The position numbers and the translations under genes were made by a program. Shown here in pieces: positions 1-7,915 of a stretch of 64,000 bases of DNA. The stretch spans positions 25,272 through 89,271 of the forward strand of contig CAZGKF010000006.1 in assembly GCA_964526475.1 (NCBI GenBank), read 5' to 3'. Every line of letters starts with the position of its first letter. Positions within the stretch are counted from its first letter, which is position 1. A model generated the notes under the pieces. The model did not search any database. It saw only the letters and a list, made by a program, of their open reading frames with translations, and was not told the DNA's origin. Source of the stretch: an uncultured Bacteroidaceae bacterium (lineage in GTDB: Bacteria; Bacteroidota; Bacteroidia; Bacteroidales; GCA-2748055).

Positions 1-539
1 TGTGCAAAATGTCTGAACTGATCGTCGAATGAACTGATAATCAAATTTTGGAGCTCCTTTAACTTTTCCGGATCGTTAGCGCAATAGTTTATTCTTGAGA
101 TCACATCTGCCCCGAACCTAGTTTGCGGGTTTATCAAAGATCTGGTTTTCATTAAGGAACCTGTAACAAGGTTCACCAGGTAGAATACCAGGGTGGTAGT
201 TCCTATATCAACAGCAATACCCAGAGGATCAGAAGAAAGGCTTGTGCAATCTCCCGGATGAAAAGGAAGTTCAGTCAGATAAGCATGCTGGGCAACAAGA
301 ATTTCGGCTTCACCTTTATCCGGGAGTATAACTTCAGTATCTTTATTAATAGTATGAAGGCAGGAAGTAATATAACCTTCATCCCTCAAATATACTTTAC
401 ATTTCCCACAGGTGCCTTTCCCTCCGCAGGGTGAGAAAATATCAAAATTATTATCATGTAAAACTTTCAGGAGATTTACTCCTGATGGGACGGTTACAAC
501 AGTTTTTTTGTTTTTAAAATGAATGGTAAGCTTCGGCAT
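1..539 (-). CDS. Corrinoid reductive activase (RACo-like): N-terminal 2Fe-2S ferredoxin domain plus start of ASKHA ATPase domain; 3' part lies outside the window
   Basis: Manual reverse translation from ATG at 539-537 gives MPKLTIHFKNKKTVVTVPSGVNLLKVLHDNNFDIFSPCGGKGTCGKCKV... (plant-type ferredoxin Cys cluster), then GIAVDIGTTTLV and NPQTRFGADVISRI, which are typical of RACo/ASKHA activators. Same strand and 21 nt downstream of the preceding operon gene. Confidence 0.7.
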   Translation of the reverse strand, partial: MPKLTIHFKNKKTVVTVPSGVNLLKVLHDNNFDIFSPCGGKGTCGKCKVYLRDEGYITSCLHTINKDTEVILPDKGEAEILVAQHAYLTELPFHPGDCTSLSSDPLGIAVDIGTTTLVFYLVNLVTGSLMKTRSLINPQTRFGADVISRINYCANDPEKLKELQNLIISSFDDQFRHFA

Positions 540-560
540 AAGGCATTATTCATTAGATTA

Positions 561-1259
561 TTACATATACTTCATATTCCGGTAGATGCAATGTATATCG
601 CTACAGGCATCGCAAACATATTTATGAAACTTCACCTCCCTGCCTATCCCGATAACCCCGCTAACTGATTTTATCGGGTGCATAAGGGAACTCCCTGACA
701 CGCTTACTCCACAGAAATCGGGAGGAAAGAAAGAAAACAGCTTATGTTGTTCAGCTACATCCCAGGAGCAATAACCGGGACTGTATTTGTTAGTGACAGA
801 AAATCCCAGAGTTTTCATTTCTTCCCTAAGCTTCTTTTGAATCTCATCCATTGCTGCTTCTACAATGATGGAGCCTAAAAGATCGGTAATGTAACCTTCC
901 AAAATATTTCCTTCTGACATCAGTTTTTTTGAACGTTCACTTATACCTTTTCCAGCTGTACAAACGTATAATGCAAGTTTTTCGGATTTTTTAAGGTAAC
1001 GTACTACCTGTTGTCCGGCATTAAATATTCTTTCTTCAATAAGGAATGTTCCTTTATCTTTATCGATAGCAGGTTTGTCAACTATCCGGAAACCTCCCTG
1101 GATGCTGGTAAAAGAAGTTAGTGCGGAAAGTTCACTCAGGATCATTTCCGGATAAGGTTCAGGAAGCGTTTCAGGTGTATAATTACCTATCAGATGGGCA
1201 ATATATTGCATGCTGATATGAAGGTTCTGTAGTTCGTATTTAAAGCTATGAATGTTCAT
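561..1259 (-). CDS. Methionine-synthase (MetH) activation-domain-like protein (Met_synt_B12 family), standalone
   Basis: 232 aa. C-terminal half has YSPGYCSWDVAEQHKLFSFF...GVSVSGSSLMHPIKSVSGVIGIG, matching the SPGY..W..Q..F / P.KSVSG.IG signature of the B12 reactivation domain. Sits inside the corrinoid methyltransferase operon. Confidence 0.65.
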   Translation of the reverse strand: MNIHSFKYELQNLHISMQYIAHLIGNYTPETLPEPYPEMILSELSALTSFTSIQGGFRIVDKPAIDKDKGTFLIEERIFNAGQQVVRYLKKSEKLALYVCTAGKGISERSKKLMSEGNILEGYITDLLGSIIVEAAMDEIQKKLREEMKTLGFSVTNKYSPGYCSWDVAEQHKLFSFFPPDFCGVSVSGSSLMHPIKSVSGVIGIGREVKFHKYVCDACSDIHCIYRNMKYM

Positions 1260-1263
1260 AAAC

Positions 1264-2223
1264 TCACTCTATTTTAGCTGCTTCTTTGAATTTTTGCTGC
1301 AATCCTTTTACTGTCAGAATACTTGTAAAGATAATGATTTCTGTCGGGGAAGTATAATCAGGTACTTCTTTTGCAGAGTAATTGTCAAATACTGTGTGTA
1401 CAGCTAAAACCCTGTTATTGGTGAGCCTTATAAAACCTTTTATTCTGGGGCACTCCGGCATAATATCGTTTAAAAAAAAATTCAGCCCTTTTTCCGTAAG
1501 ACAGTCATGTGTACGAAGGACACATGCATTGAAATCAGGTTTCCCTTCCGATTTTTTACCGTAAAAGTTTTCTGCAGGTCTTTTCCCGTGAAAAACCGGG
1601 TTTAATATTCTTTCGTTATCTGTATTACAGTATTTTGTTTTAACAAGGTCCGCAAATGGATTCAGTTCACGGATTGATTTCTCCAGCAGCTTATAATTAC
1701 CTTTGAAAAGGTCCTGTTTGTTAAGAAGTATTGTATCGCTTATTGCGATCTGATGACGGAAGCGCGGTAAAGTATTCAGTCCTTTATAAAAAGTTGAAAC
1801 ATCGACAATGCCAATTATATGTTTAAGAACTAATGTATTGCGAATATTTTGCGCTTGCAGCAATTCAATTATATTTACAGGGTCTGCCAGTCCGGAAGCT
1901 TCCAGAAAAATAATCTCAGGTGTATAATCATCAATTAATTTTTCAAGGGTTTGAGTAAAGTTGTTGAGTTGACAAACGCAGAAAACAGACCCATTATTAA
2001 TTTCCACAAGCCTGAACTCACTGTTTACCGATTTCAGTTCTTTTCCGTCAATACTTGTTGGGGCAAATTCGTTCTGGATTACTGCAACACGTTTCTGATC
2101 CCCTATAGTTTGAAGGATATTCTTTAAAAGGCTGGTTTTTCCGCTACCCAAAAAACCTGTGATAAGAATGAAATGAACCGTTTCAGACTTTGGATTCAAG
2201 ATATTCTTTAATTTTTTCTTCAA
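1264..2223 (-). CDS. CobW/G3E-family GTPase (putative metallochaperone)
   Basis: 319 aa with P-loop ITGFLGSGKTSLL near the N-terminus and overall CobW-like layout. The ORF has no in-frame ATG before the P-loop. The track start at 2223 is TTG and another TTG lies at 2199, so the start is uncertain. It overlaps the upstream gene end. Confidence 0.8.
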   Translation of the reverse strand: MKKKLKNILNPKSETVHFILITGFLGSGKTSLLKNILQTIGDQKRVAVIQNEFAPTSIDGKELKSVNSEFRLVEINNGSVFCVCQLNNFTQTLEKLIDDYTPEIIFLEASGLADPVNIIELLQAQNIRNTLVLKHIIGIVDVSTFYKGLNTLPRFRHQIAISDTILLNKQDLFKGNYKLLEKSIRELNPFADLVKTKYCNTDNERILNPVFHGKRPAENFYGKKSEGKPDFNACVLRTHDCLTEKGLNFFLNDIMPECPRIKGFIRLTNNRVLAVHTVFDNYSAKEVPDYTSPTEIIIFTSILTVKGLQQKFKEAAKIE

Positions 2224-3541
2224 TTTGTGAAACCGGGGGTATATGTGAAATAAATTCGATGTTTCCGTCGATCACTATAGTAGGAAGGTTTTGAACTCCC
2301 AGGGAAACCATCATCTGCACTCCCTCTTTTTCTTTTATCCTGTGTTCCTTAAAAACTACCTTATCTTCAAATGCCAAAGCGGCTCTTTTAACGGCATTCA
2401 CCATATACTGGCATGGGGCGCAAGAAGATGAGTCGAGAGTGATGATATCGATGATCACTTTGTCTTTAATCCAATGACTGCTGAGGTCAAGTTTTTCCAC
2501 TTCATGGACAGGAGCTTCTGATGCTCTTATTTTTCCCTGCATCAACTCATCATGTACAATTTCTGTGACTGCAACAAGGTTTTTTACCGGTGTTGCCATT
2601 GGCAGGTCGCAACCAGGTGCAAGGATAAATCCTTTTTTACCCCCAGTATCCATACATGCGAGAGCTTCTCTTCTCGAATCCTCCTCATCACCCATAAGTA
2701 ATACAACAGTCAGTTTCATGTTTCCTCCAAAGCTGACCTGGTTTTTCAGTGCCATATCGCGTACATAATCCAGCGGGATGTTTTCATCGATAGAAATATT
2801 GTCGGGGCGGCAATTACACATAACTTCGATATTCTGTTTTGCGTTTCCGCATACAAAAAATGAACTTAAGGAACCTGATTCCCTGATAAAATCAAAGATC
2901 TGTTTTACATAAGGGGAGACGAAAGTTTCAAAAGAATGTGGATCAATCTGACTCGTCATAGGGTCAACAAGAGCAATAACATCGCAGCCGGATTCTATAT
3001 AATTCCCGGACATAAATATGGCCATACCGGTCGCGAATTGCATAATTTCATGCACTTCTTCAGGATTCTCGAACATTTTCATGAAGATATCTGTTCCCAG
3101 GAGGTGCAAGGCAAGAGTAAACGGGCCGGTAATAAGACCATACAGTGCAAGATCAGGATGCTGGCTGCGAAGTTCTTTTGCAGCATTAAAAACAACAGGC
3201 AGTCGTCCATCAGTGGAAGAGGGTATTTTCAGATCTTTAATGTTAACTCCCTCAGCGAGCGGGTGAGAGATAACTGCCGGAGGATTATCTTCAGCCCAGA
3301 TAAGCTGGCATCCCAAAGATTCAGCTTCAATCTGGAGGTCGAAGACTACCGGTATCCCGTCAGGATTATATAATTCTACGGCTTTGTTAACTCCTTTAAC
3401 AATATTTTCAGCAGATTTAAGATATTCTGTTGCTGTTAATCCCAAAATATTTCCTGCATGACAGCCGACAAAAGGCACCCATGGAATACGCTCAACTTTT
3501 TCGAGTCGTATAGCTTTTTTTATCAATTCAATTCCCTGCAT
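2183..3541 (-). CDS. Uroporphyrinogen-decarboxylase (URO-D) family methyltransferase (MtaA/MtbA/CmuA-like) fused to a C-terminal thioredoxin-like CxxC domain
   Basis: 452 aa. Residues about 1-340 resemble methylcobamide methyltransferases (IPWVPFVG..., ILAPGCDLP near the end of the domain). Residues about 360-452 have a thioredoxin/glutaredoxin-like pattern (VIIDIITLDSSSCAPCQYM ... LPTIVIDG). Confidence 0.75.
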   Translation of the reverse strand: MQGIELIKKAIRLEKVERIPWVPFVGCHAGNILGLTATEYLKSAENIVKGVNKAVELYNPDGIPVVFDLQIEAESLGCQLIWAEDNPPAVISHPLAEGVNIKDLKIPSSTDGRLPVVFNAAKELRSQHPDLALYGLITGPFTLALHLLGTDIFMKMFENPEEVHEIMQFATGMAIFMSGNYIESGCDVIALVDPMTSQIDPHSFETFVSPYVKQIFDFIRESGSLSSFFVCGNAKQNIEVMCNCRPDNISIDENIPLDYVRDMALKNQVSFGGNMKLTVVLLMGDEEDSRREALACMDTGGKKGFILAPGCDLPMATPVKNLVAVTEIVHDELMQGKIRASEAPVHEVEKLDLSSHWIKDKVIIDIITLDSSSCAPCQYMVNAVKRAALAFEDKVVFKEHRIKEKEGVQMMVSLGVQNLPTIVIDGNIEFISHIPPVSQIEEKIKEYLESKV

Positions 3542-3555
3542 TTCAATAAAAAATT

Positions 3556-4932
3556 TTAAAGTCCGTACTCTTCTTTAATAAATTTAGTTTGATCTGTCAC
3601 TTTTAACATTTCCCCGATAAAATCGTCCTCATTTGACGGAATGGTGGAAAGTTCGTCACGTAGCATATCGATCCATAAATTTTCCATTTCCGATGAAAGT
3701 AATTTTTTCGATTTAATAGCATCCTCAATTAATTCCAAGCCTTTCAGAGCGCCTTTTACTCCGCTTTCCACATATGTTTTGCCCTTGATCATTTCTTCAG
3801 CTATCTTAATAACATTTTCCGGTGCAAGGATAAAAGCCTGTGGATCGAAATACATATCGGATTCAGTAAGGTGCTTTTGAAGATTCAGAATATCAGCTTT
3901 ACCACCTTTGATTGCCTGATTAAAAAGACGGGTATCGTATTCAAGTTGTTCAAGATAAACTGTTGGAGCCATTTCAGCCAGAAGCTTAATATTCTGTACA
4001 GATTCATTGCTCCAAAGGTCTGCGCATGCCCCTGCAATATTCCCCAGTGGGCTCAGGTGCGCACAGGCAGAGGTTTTGCCTTCCATGGAAACAGGGATAC
4101 CTGCAATTGCTTTAAGGTAAATTCCTTCATAGCCGCAATCCTTATCAGGCCCTTTTGCTCCTTCCTCCACAGCCACAATTGTTCTCACCACACTGAGAAT
4201 ACGAACTACAGCAGCAAATATTTTAGGGATGTATTTTTTTTCTGCAAGCACCATTGCGGTATTCCCAAAACCGCATGCAGTATCTCCTCCTGCAATTTTC
4301 CCCTGAGCATCTGCTATACCCACAATCTTTTTCCACAACATTCTCATATCCCTGACACCGAGAATACACAGAGAGAAGACAACTTCCTTTATATTACAGT
4401 TCATCAGCGCGTCATCGAATAATTCCTTTCCTCCTGTGCTTTCAATGGATAACAGGTCTCCTCCGGCCTTAGCTCCGCGTTCAAAAAGTTCGAGCATTGG
4501 ATTAAGAAAATGTGAGGAACGTTGTTTTGGCGGACGCTCAAACTCCCGTAAATCGTTAGGTGTAAGTCTTATTTCACTGGGAATGCCATGTTTCTGGAAA
4601 TAGTCTTCACAAACCTCATTCATTGCTTTTACAATATCGACCCCATAATCAGGGTTTTTTGTCATTTCAGGGAGAGTTTCAAATTCGAATATTATTCCCT
4701 GAGAATATAAATGTACACCTCTTTCCAGTGCTCCCTTAACGATATCCCTGTATTGAATAATTATCGAACCAATGGTATCATTATTAATGTTCATAGGGGG
4801 TAAGGTGAAGTTTAACTCGGGGTAAACTCTGCCTCCGCCAATTACAATCCCCCTGGCAGTTTTTACAGGGAAAGGGGTATGACCAAAATAAAGATCTTCT
4901 TTAGCTGGTATAGCAAGTTTTGTATATTTCAT
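3556..4932 (-). CDS. mtaB: MtaB-family methanol:corrinoid methyltransferase
   Basis: 458 aa. It aligns by eye with Methanosarcina MtaB over most of its length: GGDLLSIESTGGKELFD, GGDTACGFGNTAM, GPDKDCGYEGIYLKAIAGIPVSMEGKTSACAH, LWSNESV. The Cys positions matching the MtaB zinc ligands (as I recall them) are present. Confidence 0.8.
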   Translation of the reverse strand: MKYTKLAIPAKEDLYFGHTPFPVKTARGIVIGGGRVYPELNFTLPPMNINNDTIGSIIIQYRDIVKGALERGVHLYSQGIIFEFETLPEMTKNPDYGVDIVKAMNEVCEDYFQKHGIPSEIRLTPNDLREFERPPKQRSSHFLNPMLELFERGAKAGGDLLSIESTGGKELFDDALMNCNIKEVVFSLCILGVRDMRMLWKKIVGIADAQGKIAGGDTACGFGNTAMVLAEKKYIPKIFAAVVRILSVVRTIVAVEEGAKGPDKDCGYEGIYLKAIAGIPVSMEGKTSACAHLSPLGNIAGACADLWSNESVQNIKLLAEMAPTVYLEQLEYDTRLFNQAIKGGKADILNLQKHLTESDMYFDPQAFILAPENVIKIAEEMIKGKTYVESGVKGALKGLELIEDAIKSKKLLSSEMENLWIDMLRDELSTIPSNEDDFIGEMLKVTDQTKFIKEEYGL

Positions 4933-5125
4933 GCGTACAAATATTAATTATGTTTTTAAAAATCAATAAGTTATATTTCCCAAAGGGCAAATGGGCAGGG
5001 AATCCTCATAGTTTTTCTGTCCTTGTTGTGTACGATAGTGCATGAAGGTTTCATAGCAGTATAATATTTTAAATTGTTCAACAAAAATCTTATAGCTCAA
5101 TGTAAATAATTGAACTTAATGAAAC

Positions 5126-5160
5126 AAAAAAAGTAAGCTTCTGTGAAGCCCGTATTTACT
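5126..5160 (-). terminator. Hairpin plus T-run (attenuator/partial terminator candidate) between the corrinoid protein gene and mtaB
   Basis: Minus strand reads agtaa-atacgg-GCTTC-aca-GAAGC-ttact followed by tttttt. It lies in the only long gap of the operon (307 nt). Confidence 0.3.
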
Positions 5161-5239
5161 GCTTATTCTGCTGTAATTATCTTTTAAAGGAAAATTCAAG
5201 AATGTAAAATACTTCTTACTTTTTCCTTTGGCTTTTCTT

Positions 5240-5908
5240 CTAAGATGCCAGGGCATTAAGATATTCAACAGCTCCCTGAGGATCAGGACTATAAAAATCC
5301 GCATTTATTTTTTTGCAGAATTCTTCCGATACCGGGGCTCCACCGATACATACCTTCGTATCCGGAAGTTTATCCTTGATTGTTTTTACAATCTTTTCCA
5401 TATTTATCATGGTGGTAGTAAGTAAGGCAGACAGACCGATGATACTTCCGGGATATTTTTCAGCTTCCGTCAGGAACTTTTCTGCATTTACATCCACGCC
5501 AAGGTCAATAACTTCATAACCATTTCCTTCCACCATCATGGCAACCAGGTTTTTTCCTATATCATGCAGATCGCCTTCTACGGTTCCGATAAGAAAAATT
5601 CCTTTTCTTTTTGCTGCTCCGCTTGCAAAGTAAGGTTTCAGATGTGCCATAGCTGCGCTCATAGCCTTTGCAGACATTAATACCTGGGGCACAAAAACCT
5701 TGTTTTCACGGAATTTGACACCAACCTTTTGCATCCCGATAATTAGCGCTTCGGACAGGATATCAGCCGGTTGTGCTCCTGCATCCAATGCCTGGAGTGT
5801 TAATTCGTCAGCCCCGTCCATTCCTTTCATATCGGGAGGATAGGGAGAGATTTTGTTGATTTTTCCAAATTCAACACAGTGCGCGATTTGTTCAAATAGT
5901 TCTTTCAT
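5240..5908 (-). CDS. mtaC: Corrinoid (cobalamin-binding) protein, MtaC-like
   Basis: 222 aa with an N-terminal B12-binding cap helix bundle plus a Rossmann-like B12 domain. DxHxxG motif (DLHDIG, encoded 5555-5572), then SAL (GLSALLTTT) and GG (CIGGAP) motifs. Confidence 0.85.
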   Translation of the reverse strand: MKELFEQIAHCVEFGKINKISPYPPDMKGMDGADELTLQALDAGAQPADILSEALIIGMQKVGVKFRENKVFVPQVLMSAKAMSAAMAHLKPYFASGAAKRKGIFLIGTVEGDLHDIGKNLVAMMVEGNGYEVIDLGVDVNAEKFLTEAEKYPGSIIGLSALLTTTMINMEKIVKTIKDKLPDTKVCIGGAPVSEEFCKKINADFYSPDPQGAVEYLNALAS

Positions 5909-5932
5909 TTTTATACACGATTAAATTAAATT

Positions 5933-6961
5933 TTAAGTTTCTCTTATAATAAGTTGAGGTTGAATAATATGTTGGGCAGGAATATTATCATTACCTTTAT
6001 CAAGAAGGCTTACAGCATATCGGGCCATTTCATCATACCGGCAATCGATTACTGTTATAGCCGGTTGAAATAACTCTGTGATTTCGGTATTCCCATAGGA
6101 AACCAGGGAGATTTGATCCGGTGTTTTAATATTAAATTTTTTTAACCGGCCAAGTGTCTTCACTGAATCTGTATCAGAACAAGACAAAATGCCGCGGATA
6201 TTATTCTCTACAAGCATTTCCAAACTGAGCTCCAGAATTCCCGTAGTAACAAAAACCTTACGCCCGGGATATATTTCCTTTGCTAAATTACGGAATGTCT
6301 GTTCAATATGTTCGTTCAATAAATTACGACCCTTCCAGATATCGTTTGTTACCAGCAGAAAGTTACCATTACTTCTGCTGGCGAGGTAATCCATGGCACG
6401 TTTTACACCAAGGTCATAACTCTGTATCACATATCTGAAATATGATCCCGCCATGGTATTGTCAATGAGAATGACCTTTGTTTTACCGGATATCAGTTTA
6501 CGGTAAAAATCAGATGTACTGGTTTCGTTAAAGTTCGGGATAATAATTATTGCTTCATACCCTTCCATTATCATTGTACTTACCAGCTTTCTTTCTTCTT
6601 CGGGGTCGTTATAATCGAGGAAATATGTTAACTGTCTGTTTCTTTTTGTTGCTTCAACCTTAAGATGACTGATAAGTTCTTCAATATTGGAAGAATAGAA
6701 AGGAAGAATTACTCCCCATATTTTTCGGATAGCAACCTGGCTGGTAACAAAAGAGCCTTTCCCTGCTTTTGAAATGACCAGAGATTCCTCGCTCAGCTTT
6801 TTTAAAACCAGTTTGGCTGTTTCCCTTGATACCCCATGACGGGTTCTTATTTTATTGATAGAATCGACTTTATACCCCGGGGGCATCTCCTGGGACAGGA
6901 TTTTTTTCCTGTAATGATCAGTCAGTTTCCTGTAAACCGGTATAAATTCTTCTTTATACAT
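5933..6961 (-). CDS. Transcriptional regulator with AraR-type architecture (GntR winged-helix N-terminus plus LacI/PBP1 sugar-binding-like C-terminus)
   Basis: 342 aa. N-terminus YRKLTDHYRKKILSQEMPPGYKVDSINKIRTRHGVSRETAKLVLKKLSEESLV is GntR-like. The remainder is a periplasmic-binding-protein type 1 fold pattern (IIIIPNF..., LVSYGN). Confidence 0.7.
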   Translation of the reverse strand: MYKEEFIPVYRKLTDHYRKKILSQEMPPGYKVDSINKIRTRHGVSRETAKLVLKKLSEESLVISKAGKGSFVTSQVAIRKIWGVILPFYSSNIEELISHLKVEATKRNRQLTYFLDYNDPEEERKLVSTMIMEGYEAIIIIPNFNETSTSDFYRKLISGKTKVILIDNTMAGSYFRYVIQSYDLGVKRAMDYLASRSNGNFLLVTNDIWKGRNLLNEHIEQTFRNLAKEIYPGRKVFVTTGILELSLEMLVENNIRGILSCSDTDSVKTLGRLKKFNIKTPDQISLVSYGNTEITELFQPAITVIDCRYDEMARYAVSLLDKGNDNIPAQHIIQPQLIIRET

Positions 6962-6984
6962 TGGATATAAATGTGCCGCAAGTT

Positions 6985-7041
6985 ATCACAATTTTTTTAA
7001 AAAGCATCACATCCCATCACAGTTTAGAGTATTGCATCACA
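6985..7041. promoter_or_regulatory. Four direct ATCACA (TGTGAT on the gene strand) repeats upstream of the regulator/methyltransferase operon; candidate operator array
   Basis: ATCACA starts at 6985, 7006, 7016 and 7036, giving spacings of 21, 10 and 20 nt (about helical phasing). Located 24-80 nt upstream of the regulator ATG at 6961. Confidence 0.3.
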
Positions 7042-7135
7042 TTTTATTTTACATATAAAAACTGATGAATTAGTTTTTTTGTGGATGTTTTGAGGGGGTA
7101 AATGCCTTTTGCTGGCAGGCAGTTGGAATTAGAGG

Positions 7136-7915
7136 TTATCTATTATGTCTGGTGAAGTAATCATCAATTTCATGTCTAAGTTCAACACCTATTCTTTCAA
7201 AAATATTAAGCAAATCAATATATGCACCTTTACCACCTAAGAAATCCCAGAACTCATCAGCAACCATAAGTTCATTTTCAAGATCCAACATACCTCTCAT
7301 TGTCCATCTGTTATAAGGTTGGGGTTCATATGGATTATATGGAATGGCAATATAACTTTGAACATTAGCTTCGGGGTTAACAGCAAGAGTGGCTGCTATC
7401 CACTCAAGTAGAGTCCTTTTAAATTCTTTGAAACCTCCGGCATTAGGCTTGGCGGTTTTGATGTCGATCAGATAAATATTGTCTTCATTATTCATTAATT
7501 TAATATCCACTTTTGTAAGTTTTACTGTTCTCATTTCACCCACCTGGCAGACTGCTCTGATAGTCGATATTTCATCAGGTTTATGTGGGAAAGTCTTAGC
7601 AGTTGACAAATTATCCATAATGGTTTGGATAACCTTGTGTGCTTCCGATGAAATTAGTGTTCCGGCAATTTGTTGAGATTCCGCACTGGTAAAATTTGCA
7701 GATGCTAAAGCTATTGCAACAGGTTCAAAAATACTTGTGCCAAAGTTTGTATTTATGGAATGGATAAAGGAAAATAATGCCATTCTATCTTTGCCTAATA
7801 ACCTTGTATGAAAAGGCATTGAGGCGGGTTCTGGATTGTATTTTTGAAATTTATGTCTTAAACTGTTTCTTAAAACAGTTTCAATATCTTGAATTTTCGA
7901 AAGAGATATTGCCAT
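7136..7915 (-). CDS. Type II restriction endonuclease, PD-(D/E)XK type, TdeIII-like
   Basis: 259 aa, immediately downstream of the methylase and overlapping it by 35 nt. VDIKLMNNEDNIYLIDIKTAKPN fits a D...(D/E)xK nuclease core. The N-terminal MPFHTRLLGKDRMALFSFIHSINTNFGTSIFE resembles TdeIII-family proteins as I recall them; this was not searched. Confidence 0.55.
   Translation of the reverse strand: MAISLSKIQDIETVLRNSLRHKFQKYNPEPASMPFHTRLLGKDRMALFSFIHSINTNFGTSIFEPVAIALASANFTSAESQQIAGTLISSEAHKVIQTIMDNLSTAKTFPHKPDEISTIRAVCQVGEMRTVKLTKVDIKLMNNEDNIYLIDIKTAKPNAGGFKEFKRTLLEWIAATLAVNPEANVQSYIAIPYNPYEPQPYNRWTMRGMLDLENELMVADEFWDFLGGKGAYIDLLNIFERIGVELRHEIDDYFTRHNR

Noticed and set aside
3871-4422. 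183-aa + strand ORF, and the similar + strand ORFs at 2936-3373, 3018-3266 and 3641-3880, inside the methyltransferase genes
   Set aside because: They lie entirely antisense to strongly supported genes (MtaB-like, URO-D-like). Their composition is low-complexity and Cys/Phe/Ser-rich, typical of shadow ORFs in AT-rich DNA, and they show no recognisable motifs.
4933-5239. Possible cobalamin riboswitch in the mtaC-mtaB spacer
   Set aside because: I could not find a B12-box-like core (GCCACTG-type) or the conserved GGTGC/AATCC-type elements on the coding strand. Only a simple hairpin with a T-run is evident. A covariance-model scan would be needed to exclude a riboswitch fully.
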